The translations under genes were made by a program, and so were the position numbers. From assembly GCA_963712745.1 (NCBI GenBank), contig CAVQJC010000012.1, positions 13,319 through 77,318 of the forward strand: a DNA stretch of 64,000 nucleotides, written 5' to 3'. The first letter of the stretch is position 1; the number at the start of each line of letters is the position of its first letter. The DNA comes from an uncultured Chloroflexia bacterium (GTDB lineage Bacteria > Chloroflexota > Limnocylindria > Limnocylindrales > CSP1-4). Shown piece after piece: positions 17,701-26,800 of the stretch. The notes under the pieces are model-generated. The model was not told the DNA's origin, made no database searches, and saw only the letters and a program-made list of their open reading frames with translations.

Positions 17701-18630
17701 CAGGCCGCGCTGGCACTCTTCACGGAGCCACGATTCCACGGTGTAGCCCTCGGGCACCGGGAAGTGCGGCAGACGCAGCTCGCCGAAGGTGATCTGCAGG
17801 TCGGTCATCTCGGCGATGCGCTTGGAGTTGGTCAGCGCCTCCGGCACGTCCTTGAAGAGCAGCTCCATCTCCGCCGCGGTCTTGAGGTAGAACTCGTCGG
17901 TCTCGAAGCGGAGCCGGTTCTGGGTATCGAGGTTGGCACCGGTGCCGACACAGAGCAGCACGTCGTGCGCTTCGTGCTGGTCCTTGCGCACGTAGTGGAG
18001 GTCGTTGGTGGCCACCACCCCGGCGCCGGTCTCCTTGCTCAGTCGCAGCAGCTTGGGGTTGAGCGCGGACTGCTCCGGGAGCCCGTGGTCCATCATCTCG
18101 AGCCAGAAGCCCTCGGGGCCCAGGATGTCGCGGTACTCGCCGACGATGCGGCGGGCGTTCTCGAAGTCGTCCACCTCGAGCGACTTGGCCACCTCGCCGC
18201 CAAGGCAGGCGGACATCCCGATGATGCCCTCGCGGTACTTGTTCAACAGTTGGCGATCGAGGCGCGGCTTGTAGTAGTAGCCGTCGAGGTGGGCCTCGGT
18301 GATGATGCGGCAGAGGTTCTGGTAGCCGGTCCAATCCTGGGCCAGCAGCGTGACGTGGTAGTAGTTCTGCTCCGCCCGGCCCTCACGGTCATACATGCTG
18401 CGCCGGGCGACGTAGGCCTCGACCCCGATGATGGGCTTGATCTGCTTGGCCTTGCAGGCCTGGTAGAACGCCATCGCGCCGTAGAGCGAGCCGTGGTCAG
18501 TCACCGCGAGCGCGTCGAAGCCGTGTGCCGATGCCTCGCTGACGAGGTCGTTGATGCGACCGAGTCCGTCGAGGAGGCTGAACTCCGAGTGCAGGTGCAG
18601 GTGGACGAAGTCGTTGGGAGCGATGGGCAC
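14722..18630 (-). CDS. dnaE: DNA polymerase III alpha subunit
   Basis: FVHLHLHSEFSLLDG (PHP), RGSAPGS, FERFLNPDR, PDIDVDF, YGFNKAH, WEKELLGLY. Confidence 0.98.
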   Translation of the reverse strand: MPIAPNDFVHLHLHSEFSLLDGLGRINDLVSEASAHGFDALAVTDHGSLYGAMAFYQACKAKQIKPIIGVEAYVARRSMYDREGRAEQNYYHVTLLAQDWTGYQNLCRIITEAHLDGYYYKPRLDRQLLNKYREGIIGMSACLGGEVAKSLEVDDFENARRIVGEYRDILGPEGFWLEMMDHGLPEQSALNPKLLRLSKETGAGVVATNDLHYVRKDQHEAHDVLLCVGTGANLDTQNRLRFETDEFYLKTAAEMELLFKDVPEALTNSKRIAEMTDLQITFGELRLPHFPVPEGYTVESWLREECQRGLRQRYGEVTDALQERLDYELGVIISMDYAAYFLIVADFVRYAKEQGIATTCRGSAPGSIVTYTLGITPVDPILYGLPFERFLNPDRVTMPDIDVDFEDARRDEVINYVTRKYGQDRVAQIITFGTMLARAAVRDVGRVMGYGYGEVDRIAKAIPTTLGITLDESLQQAPAFRDMYEGDEGIHRLIDIAKQLEGVARNASTHAAGIVISREPLTELMPLQKATNSDALMTQYEMHGVEALGLLKFDFLGLSNLTILRQAVDLIDQHAGVRIDLDTIPLDDARTFKLLSSGETTGVFQLESAGMRRYIKELRPTSVYDLAAMVALFRPGPMDNIPAYIRRKHGQEQVTYLHPLLEPYLEKTYGIFVYQEDIMAAAIALGGFTGPEADTLGYAIRKKKSDVLRAQKDRFVRQAAERGVEPGVIDAIFKAFEPFERYGFNKAHATCYGLIAYQTAYLKANYPVEYMTSVLTAFKDNTDKVAGAIAECRRLGIEVLGPDVHRSFVDFTVEGDSIRFGLLAIKNVGESAIGSIIDARDDGGEFKSLADLCARVDLRLVNKRVMEALIKVDALKTLGHPAQLLAGLDEAMAYGQAQARDRATGQGSLFDMMAEDGAGLEQRLPVTTEAPSRERLRWEKELLGLYLSDHPLGEMAAEMGRYVNAWSGDIGEGLDQQRVVVGGMAVGIRRVLTRNKESMAVVTLEDLQGSVDVVIFPRTYADAGVAAKLADDAVLLFAGRVDHKGDETVILADAVWAWDEVTALGEAAFAQEFAAGERGRRGRGRNGGGRGGDGQDPVRPPGGPPGAMTVAAASPTETLVVPRVSPLRGSQPEGTVTITIGGAPARRAGPAAQASSEGGRTDLPPPLDLPPQDPLEPISGPAAPPAFDGLAPAGSDEPPLPDEAGAAVASAERAATSPAEAGPDQVLHIRFGQAPDERIVSAFGELKGLIRARPGSTPIVLHIPAGPGRSQEMRLGVGIAYDAELLSEVGRRFGGLLQLQLA

Positions 18631-19059
18631 GGGAGGCCATGGTAGCGACGTTTGGATGGCCCCGCCGGGGCTGGATCTGGGCTGAGAACCGCTACCCCTG
18701 CGGACCCGAGACGTCTTGCGAGCGCTGGCTCGTGGGCGACTGGCGCCGAGGTCCGGCCTGATCGTCCTGTATGGTTTGCATCGCGTCCAAGTGGCGCCCC
18801 GGTCATGGCCACATCGTGTGGTGGACGGTCACCAGCCTCTACCTACATCCTAACCAACCGCCCAGCCGTGACCTGAGGCCCGACCCAGGGAGGGCATGCT
18901 CTGCCCCTGCACGCCTCGCCATCGCGACCCGCCGCCTCTAGCGTCGCGGTCCCGCGCGCTTCGGAGGTGGCCCTCGCACGCCAGGCGCATGCCAGGAACG
19001 CGGACCGTGGGGCCGATGTCCGTGCGGCTGCGGCCACGCGCTGCGCCGAAGGTCGACCA

Positions 19060-20829
19060 ATGGCTGGGACAGGAGCCCGCCGCCGGCCACGTTGGCGCAC
19101 GTCGATGGCTGTCGCAGTCCTGCTGCCGCTGCTGCTCGGCAGCCTGGGGTTCGCTCCACTCCGCGCCGCCCAGCGAGACCTCCCGGCCGAGCCACTCACG
19201 TCCGTAGTGGCCGCCGAGGCCGAACCCACTCCCGAGCCGACGCCGACCCCCACTCCCGAGCCGACGCCGTGGCCGACGCCAGCCGGCCTCAAGGGTGTGG
19301 ACCTCAGCCACTGGAACGGCCATCCGGACTTCACCAAGCTGCAGGACAAGGGAGTGCACTTCGTCATCTCGAAGGCGACGCAGGGCACGTCCTTCGTGGA
19401 CGACACCTACCGCCGCCATACGCGAGACGCACGAGCGGCCGGCCTGCTGACCGGCGCCTACCACTTCTTCGACTACAACCGCAGCGGCATCAAACAGGCC
19501 CGGCACTTCCTCTCGACGCTGCGCGGCACGACGGGTCTGGGCTCGCATCTGCCCCTCGTGGTCGACGTCGAGACGCTGAAGTCCCTGGGCACGCCGGACA
19601 CGGCCAAGGCGCGGGCACGGCTCCAAGACCTGCTCGACGAGCTCTACCGCCAGACCGGCCGCTACCCGATGATCTACACCAGCCGCTACATGTGGCAGAA
19701 GGTGGTCGGCGCACCGACGAGCTTCGGGCAATACCCCCTCTGGGTGGCCTGCTGGGGGTGCGACACCGTGCATCTGCCCAGGGGCTGGAGCGGCTGGCAG
19801 TTCTGGCAGTACGGTCAGGCCAAGTTCGGCTCCGGCCACAAGCTCGACGCCAACGTCTATCGAAGCGCCCGCGCCAAGCTCGAGCTCGAACAGGAACGGC
19901 CGATGCAGCTGGACCGGGGTTCCAGCTGGACGTCGGACCGGGTCATCGAGGCCGACCTGCGCGGCTTCGACGGCACGCAGGTCCGCTACGGCATCGACAG
20001 CGACACGTTCGGGCCGTGGCTGCCGTATGAGCGACGACTCGACCTGAAGCTCAAGAGCCGCCAGGGCAAGCAGGGCGTACGCCTGCAGCTGCGCAGCTTC
20101 CGCGGCGTCAAGTCCCCGGTCCTGCGCAGCAACATCCAACTCGACACGGTGGCGCCGACGGTGAACGGGCCCAAGGTCAAGCTGCGCGCGAACGCACGTG
20201 TGCCGCTCGGCGGGAAACGGGTCCCCACGGTCGTGACGATGGACGCCCGCGACGCGACCTCGGGCCTCAAGTCGGCCGGGCTCTCCGTCATCTGTGACGG
20301 CAAGGTGCGAGCTTCCAGCCGGGGGCTGGCTGCCGGCGACGGGCTCTCCGTCGAACTGGACCGGCGAGGTTGCACGCTCAGGGGCTCCGCCAAGGACGCA
20401 GTCGGCCATCGCACCACGCGCAAGCTCTCGCCCCGGGTGGGCGTCTACGACATCCGCCGGAACACGGGCCGCGCTACCTTCTCCGGACGCTGGCAGATAG
20501 GCAACAGCAAGGACGCCATCGGTCGGAGCGTGGCACGGGCATCCGAACGTGGCGCGACCGCCAAGGTCCGCTTCGAGGGCACGCAGTTCGCCGTCGTGGC
20601 CAAGCGCGGCCCTGCCGGCGGTCGGTTCCGGGTCATCGTGGACGGCCGCGAGGTCGGTGTCGTAGATCTGTACGCCTCGAAGCCCACGACCCGCCGCGTG
20701 GTCTACGTGGCCAAGGTGCCCACGGGCAAGCACATGGTCAAGCTGGTGGCCACGGGCACCAAGCGCAAGAACGCCGCGGGTACGAGCGTCTGGCTCGACG
20801 CGGTCGTCGTCCTCGACCGCCACAAGTAG
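19060..20829 (+). CDS. secreted GH25 muramidase-family protein with C-terminal beta domains
   Basis: GVDLSHWN, KATQG, GAYHF, VVDVE, YPLWVA, FWQY; signal peptide and PT linker; start uncertain. Confidence 0.88.
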   Translation: MAGTGARRRPRWRTSMAVAVLLPLLLGSLGFAPLRAAQRDLPAEPLTSVVAAEAEPTPEPTPTPTPEPTPWPTPAGLKGVDLSHWNGHPDFTKLQDKGVHFVISKATQGTSFVDDTYRRHTRDARAAGLLTGAYHFFDYNRSGIKQARHFLSTLRGTTGLGSHLPLVVDVETLKSLGTPDTAKARARLQDLLDELYRQTGRYPMIYTSRYMWQKVVGAPTSFGQYPLWVACWGCDTVHLPRGWSGWQFWQYGQAKFGSGHKLDANVYRSARAKLELEQERPMQLDRGSSWTSDRVIEADLRGFDGTQVRYGIDSDTFGPWLPYERRLDLKLKSRQGKQGVRLQLRSFRGVKSPVLRSNIQLDTVAPTVNGPKVKLRANARVPLGGKRVPTVVTMDARDATSGLKSAGLSVICDGKVRASSRGLAAGDGLSVELDRRGCTLRGSAKDAVGHRTTRKLSPRVGVYDIRRNTGRATFSGRWQIGNSKDAIGRSVARASERGATAKVRFEGTQFAVVAKRGPAGGRFRVIVDGREVGVVDLYASKPTTRRVVYVAKVPTGKHMVKLVATGTKRKNAAGTSVWLDAVVVLDRHK

Positions 20830-20869
20830 CCGGCTCGGGGGCGGGCCAGCGAGCGGACGCCCCGTCTGG

Positions 20870-21607
20870 CTAGCGAGAGTTCTCCGCGAAGGAGTCCTTG
20901 GTCCCTTCGAGCCACGGTCGCTCGTTGAAGGCCTCCGAGATGGTGCGTCCGAACCAGCCGGGGGGCTCACGGTCCTCCACGCCCTCGAGCAGGGCGACGA
21001 GCCGCGCTTCGACCACGTCGGTCATGGCCCGGGCTCCGACCTTGCCTCGCCCGAACTCGTCGGGGTACACCGGCTGGCCCGCGGTGATGGTCACCCGGCT
21101 GCCGAACGAGATCCAGCGTGAACCCACGATGGCAACGGGCAGGATGGGCGAGCCGGTCATGCGCGCAAAATGGGCCAGACCGGTCTCCAGCGGCAGGATC
21201 TCTCCCTCGTGGTCGCTGAGCCGGCCTTCGCCCGCGATGGCCAGGCAGGCGTCGCGTCCGAGCACGGTCACGGTCCGGCGAGTGACGTCGACGATGTCCC
21301 GGGCCTGGGGCTTGAATGGCACCCCGCGGCGAGTCCAGGTGATGAGCCGGTTGCGGATGCCGGTACTCATGTCCTGTTCGCGCGGACCGAAGATGTAGAG
21401 ATCGCGGTCGCGATCGGGCCAGTAGGCGGCGAAGAAGACGGGGTCGAGCCACGAGGGGTGGTTGAAGCAGATGATGTATGAGCCGCCAGCCGGGATGTGC
21501 ATGCTGCCGCCGACGCTGGTGCGCACGTAGGCGCTGGTCACAGCCTTGAGCACCAGGCGCACCGCGTGGTACCGGAGACGGCTCGGCGGGTCCTGGCGGT
21601 AGGTCAT
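20870..21607 (-). CDS. PlsC-family acyltransferase
   Basis: NHPSWLD, AGEG, GLAHFA, PILPVAI. Confidence 0.85.
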   Translation of the reverse strand: MTYRQDPPSRLRYHAVRLVLKAVTSAYVRTSVGGSMHIPAGGSYIICFNHPSWLDPVFFAAYWPDRDRDLYIFGPREQDMSTGIRNRLITWTRRGVPFKPQARDIVDVTRRTVTVLGRDACLAIAGEGRLSDHEGEILPLETGLAHFARMTGSPILPVAIVGSRWISFGSRVTITAGQPVYPDEFGRGKVGARAMTDVVEARLVALLEGVEDREPPGWFGRTISEAFNERPWLEGTKDSFAENSR

Positions 21608-21635
21608 GTGCCGACTCCTACCCGCGCAGGCGGGT

Positions 21636-22715
21636 CTAGCGAACGCGCGCGGCCGCGGCGCCGCCGGGAGCACCGGTCACGATCGGAGTCTCCCGGCCGA
21701 GCAGTGCGGCCGGCGGCAGCTCCACGCTCGGCGCGATGCCCGACTCGAGCCGGTCCGATTCCTCGATGAACAGCGGCACGAGGCCGGGGTCGAACTGCTT
21801 GCCACTATGCTTGCGCAGCTCCTCGAAGGCTTCTTCGACCGAGCGCGGTGCGCGGTAGGGTCGGCCACGGACGATGGCGTCGAAGGCATCGGCAAGCGCC
21901 ACGATGCGCGCCCCCAGCGGGATCTCCTCGGCCTTGAGGCCGTCGGGATAGCCCGTACCGTCCCAGCGCTCGTGGTGATGGCGGATGATGGGCGTGAAGT
22001 CGCGCGACATGCGCAGCGGGTCGCAGATGCGCTCACCGATCTCGGGGTGCTCGCGCATGATGCGGAACTCGTCCTCGGTCAGCGGCCCGGGCTTGTGCAG
22101 GACGTGCTCACTGATGCCGATCTTCCCGATGTCGTGCAGCAGCGCGCCGTAGGCCACACCCTCGAGCGCGCCGTCACGAAGCCCGACATAGGCGGCCAGA
22201 CGAGCCGATCGATAGGCCAGGTAACGGCAGTGGTCCTTGAGTCCGATGTCCTTGGCCTCGACGGCGTTGGCCAGGGCTACCACGATGTCGTGGGCCTGCT
22301 CCATGCGGCGGATGACCTCACGCGTGCGGAACGAGCTGCGCAGCCGGGCCAGCAGCTCCACCTGCTGGAACGGCTTGGTCACGAAGTCGTCCGCGCCGGC
22401 GTCGAGCGCGGCCACCATGTCGCTGGTGGAGGTGTGGGCGGTGAGGACGATGATGGGCAGCGTCACCGTGCGCGCGTCGGCACGCAGGCGCCGGCAGATC
22501 TCGAGCCCGTCCATGCGCGGCAACGTCAGGTCGAGGATGAGCATGTCCGGCTGGTGTTCGGCGACCGCGCGCAGTCCAAGCTCGCCATCAGCGATGGCGA
22601 TGACGCTGTATCCGGCGTCCTCGAGGATGCGACTCAGGACGCGCCGAACGGCGGCATCATCCTCGATGACTGCCACGCGGGGACGTGTCGAACCCCGGTG
22701 GGCAGTGTCCTGCAA
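21636..22715 (-). CDS. response regulator with HD-GYP phosphodiesterase domain (RpfG-like)
   Basis: Receiver (IEDD, ILD, KPF) plus HDIGK, HHERWDGTGYP, RPYR; TTG start at 22715 after GGAGGGAG. Confidence 0.92.
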   Translation of the reverse strand: MQDTAHRGSTRPRVAVIEDDAAVRRVLSRILEDAGYSVIAIADGELGLRAVAEHQPDMLILDLTLPRMDGLEICRRLRADARTVTLPIIVLTAHTSTSDMVAALDAGADDFVTKPFQQVELLARLRSSFRTREVIRRMEQAHDIVVALANAVEAKDIGLKDHCRYLAYRSARLAAYVGLRDGALEGVAYGALLHDIGKIGISEHVLHKPGPLTEDEFRIMREHPEIGERICDPLRMSRDFTPIIRHHHERWDGTGYPDGLKAEEIPLGARIVALADAFDAIVRGRPYRAPRSVEEAFEELRKHSGKQFDPGLVPLFIEESDRLESGIAPSVELPPAALLGRETPIVTGAPGGAAAARVR

Positions 22716-22884
22716 CGCTCTCCCTCCACTGCGCCACGACGACTTGACGCGGGTCAGCCGTGAGTATACCGAGCGTTGACAGTTGTCACCACGCGCGCGT
22801 GTTCTTCTCGACGACGGATGCCCGGTCGCGAGGTGTACATCCGGGCCAGCGAGCCGAAACTGAGGGGAGTGATAGCGTGTGCGC

Positions 22885-23721
22885 ATGGCCAGCAACCCTC
22901 GGCCGGCTCGGCGCCGCCGCTCGATGGGCCGCATCGCCCGCACAGGCGCCTCGTTCGCTCTGGCGGGGACCTTCGCGCTCGCCCTGCCCGTCCTCGGCAC
23001 CATCACGGCGACCGGGCGGGGGATCGCGCCGGTCGCGGCGGCCGAAGACGTCCGCCTCGACAAGGGCTCCATACCGGTCCGGATCCAGGTGCCCAGTGCC
23101 GGCATCGACCTGCCGGTGGTCTCGAGCCAGCGGACGGTACCGGGCAACGCCGGCAGCTATCCGCTCTGTGACGTGGCCCAGTACTGGACCATCTACGACC
23201 TGCCGGGCAAGCCGGGGACAGCCTGGATCTACGCTCACGCGCAGCCGGGCATGTTCCTGCCGCTGTTCACCATCTCCGAAGCGACGAACGGCCAGGGGCT
23301 GATCGGGGACAAGGTCAAGCTGCAGCTGAAGGACGGCCGTCTGCTGACGTACCGCATCACCGAGGTCCGCGAGCGTGCCACCCGGCGATCCATCGCCCAG
23401 CGCGACAAGCCCAACGAGCATCGCCTGGTCCTCCAGACCAGCACGGGCCCGCCCGGCACCGTGCCCAAGCTCCAGGTCGCGGCCAAGCTCGTGGACGCCA
23501 CGCGTACCGACGCGAAGCCGCCCAGGGCCCAGCCACGGGCCTGCTGGCAGCCGAAGCCCAGGCCGACGCGCAAGGGCGCCAAGCCCAGGCCGACACCAGA
23601 GCCGGTCGAGGTGGTCGAGCCCGGCGAACCGTTCGATGCCATGGCGCTTGTGCTCGGGAGCGGGGCCGTACTGATCGGGGCCACCATCGTGTCGGTCTAC
23701 ATCATCCGTCGCGGTCCCTGA
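22885..23721 (+). CDS. sortase-fold protein with non-canonical active site
   Basis: RIQVPSAGIDLPVV, PGKPGTAWIYAHA...F, GDKV, YRI, LVLQTS; N-terminal hydrophobic segment and C-terminal TM. Confidence 0.75.
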   Translation: MASNPRPARRRRSMGRIARTGASFALAGTFALALPVLGTITATGRGIAPVAAAEDVRLDKGSIPVRIQVPSAGIDLPVVSSQRTVPGNAGSYPLCDVAQYWTIYDLPGKPGTAWIYAHAQPGMFLPLFTISEATNGQGLIGDKVKLQLKDGRLLTYRITEVRERATRRSIAQRDKPNEHRLVLQTSTGPPGTVPKLQVAAKLVDATRTDAKPPRAQPRACWQPKPRPTRKGAKPRPTPEPVEVVEPGEPFDAMALVLGSGAVLIGATIVSVYIIRRGP

Positions 23722-23809
23722 CCCCTCCCCCTCTCCCGCGGGGGAGGTCCACAGGACTCGCCTGCCCTGATCACGGGCGGACGCGAATGCGATGACGCGA
23801 CACACGAAG

Positions 23810-23844
23810 ACGACGGCCGGGTCCTTGAGGGACCCGGCCGTCGT
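23810..23844. terminator. bidirectional terminator-like hairpin between convergent genes
   Basis: acgacggccgggtcc-ttgag-ggacccggccgtcgt, perfect 15-bp stem. Confidence 0.8.
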
Positions 23845-23870
23845 ACCGGTTGCGAAAGGCTGGTGTTCGT

Positions 23871-26800
23871 CTAGCGGCGGTTGCGCACCTCTGCGAGACG
23901 CTGGTGGCGGATGATCCAGCCGGCGCTGACGATGGTCAGAGCGCTGAGCATCAGCCAGATGGCCCAGTTGAAGGGACCGCCGAAGGGCTCACCGTCGTCC
24001 GTGGCAGCCGAGAGGCTGTCGGTCACGAGCAGCATGTCCGTCGGAGGCTGGCTCTTGCCACCACCCGTGCTCTTGCCACCGCCGCCGATGAACTTGACCG
24101 TGGCATCGTCCTTGGCCTCAGCGAAGCGAGGGGTGATGCCCGGAGGCGGTACCAGCGGGTTGACGTCGGTCACCTTGATGTGGGCCGTGTCCTTGTGCGG
24201 CGTGTCGAGGTCACCCACGAGCTCCACCGTGAACTGACACTTGTGGTCCACGTTCGGTTCAACGACCGTGCCGTAGAGGCCTTCACAAGTATTGTCCTTG
24301 ATGTTGGGGTTGTTGCTGTCGAGCAGGTTGTCGTCCTCGGGATCATCCCACAGCTCGTACAGGTAGATGGGCGTGCTAGTGACCGTGTGGCTGAAGGTGA
24401 GGACGAACGTCACCTCGGTGCCGGACTCGACCGAGTCAACGACCTCCCCGTCGACGAACGGGACCTTCTTCAGCGTGATGTCGATCTCTTGCGTCGAGCG
24501 CTTCGGGACCTCGACGGCCTTTTCGTCCTTGTCGGTCGCGGTGCGCTTCTTGGCGTCCGTCACGATCACCTCGGCGGTGTTCGGATAGATGCCCGTGTCC
24601 CAATGGTCAACGGAGTAGTTGCAGGTGGCCGTGTCGCCATCGTCGCCGTAGGGCTCAAGGATGGTGCCCATCAGCCCCGGGTCGCAGGCGGCGAAGCCGT
24701 CCGCGATCCCACTCTGGGTATCGGTCAGTGTCGTGATCTCCACGGGCACGACAGACAGGTTCTGGATGGTCAGGGTGTAGTTGAACGTGCCGCCCGGCCA
24801 CGGGAGACCGTTCTTGTCGACGTCCTTGATGAGGTCGACGGCGATGCGGTCGACGGTGACCTCATCGCAGATCAGATCGGGAGCATCCCCGACCTGGTCT
24901 GAGTCGACGCAAGCCTGGTTGTAGACCTGGCCGTTCTCGACGTCGGTTGGAGTGGTGGTGTAGGTAGCGGTGCATTCGATGGCCTGACCGCTGAGCAGCT
25001 TGTCCACCGGCAGCGTCACCTCGTCGGACCCGACCGTGCATGTCCACGGAAGCCCGTCGAGCAGCGAGTCGGTGATATCGACGTCGGTGAGCGCAGCCAC
25101 ACCGATGTTGGTGGCGGTGATGGTGTACTCGATCTTCTCGCCAGCCTCGGCATACTGATCGGTCGAGGCTTCCTTGACGATCTTGAGCTTGGCGACCGGG
25201 GTCTCGACGTCGTCACAGACCTTGGCGGTCTCGACGCTGTCAGCACAGGCCGCGTTCAGGACCTTGCCTGGCGGGACATCCATGTCGCCGGCCACGATGG
25301 TGTAGCTGGCGGTACAGATGATCTGGTCAGCGATGGCCAGGGTCGGCACGGGGAACGACAGCGGAGCGCCCGCGCCGTTCAGCTTGCAGACCCAGTTGTC
25401 CAGGTCACCCACGGCCGTCAGGTCGTCGGTGACATCGACCTTCGTGAGGGCGGTCTTGCCCGCGTTGGTGGCCGTGACCGTGTAGTTGATCACGTCGCCA
25501 ACTGCGCTGTAGTACTCACGGTCGGCCTTCTTGACGATGGTCAGCTGTGAGCGCAGGACGGTCTCGTCGTCGCAGACCTCGTCCCGGACCTCGTCGGCGT
25601 CGGCACAAGCCTGGTTGTAGACCTGGCCGGCCTCGAGATCGGCTTCGGTGATGGAATGGGTGGCCGTGCAGATGACCGAGTCACCCACGCCCAGCTCGAC
25701 GGGCAGGTCGACCTTGTCGCCAGGTGCATCGTCGAGCACACAGCTGAAGTCGTCCAGTCCACCGGGGAACTTGTCGGTCACGTCCACATCGGTCAGCTTG
25801 GTCTGCCCGACGTTGGTGGCCGTGATGGTGTACGTGATGAGGTCGTCGACCTCGTCGTAGAACTCCGGATCAGCCGTCTTCGTGATCTTCAGGGCTGCGT
25901 GGTAGTTCGTGACCTCACAGGTGAGCTCGTCGCCCACCGCAAGCGTCACGGTGCCGTCGGCCGCACAGGCGCCCGTCCAGTCGCCAGCCACGTAGTCGGG
26001 GATGTCCATGACCTCGGAGGCGGTGTACTCGACACCGGCCTTGAGCTCGTTGGCCACGGCCCACTCGACCTCATCCTGGTCGATGTAGGGGATGAAGTCC
26101 TCGAGCTCGCCGGGGCCGCCGACGATGGCCTTGGTGAGGGTCAGCTTGGGTGCGATGTCCTGGTTGGTGATGATGCACTCGACGTCGTCACCCGGCTTGA
26201 GGGTGACGGTGCCCTTGAGGGCATCGGGGCAGGCGTCGTCGCCGGTGAGGGAGACGAACTCGTAGCCCTTGAGGCCGACCTCGTCGAGGACCAGGGCCTT
26301 GTTGGCCGTGTACGTGTTGGCCACGCCACTGGTGACGGGCGTGCCGTCGACGCTGATGCCGAACTGGTCAGGGGTGGCCTTGCCACCGTGGTTGTTGTCG
26401 ACCTTCTTGGTGAGCGTCAGCTTCGGACCGATGTCCTGGTTGACGATGGTGCAGTCGACGTCGTCACCGGGCTGCAGGGTGACCGTGCCCTTGAGGGCGT
26501 CCGGGCAGACCTGGTCGCCGGTGATCTCGACGAACTCGTAACCCTTGAGGCCGACCTCGTCGATGACGAGGGCCTTGTTGGCCACGTAGGTGTTCGTGGC
26601 GCCACTGGTCACAGGGGTGCCGTCGACGCTGATGCCGAACTGGTCGGGCTTGGCGTCGCCACCGTTGTTGTTGTTGACCTTCTTGGTGAGGGTCAGCTTG
26701 GGTGCGATGTCCTGGTTGGTGATGATGCACTCGACGTCGTCACCCGGCTTGAGGGTGACGGTGCCCTTGAGGGCATCGGGGCAGGCGTCGTCGCCGGTGA

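Noticed and set aside
15502-18645. 1047-aa + strand ORF
   Set aside because: Antisense shadow of dnaE, typical of high-GC codon bias.
18850-20970. 706-aa minus-strand ORF
   Set aside because: Antisense to GH25, which carries the family motifs.
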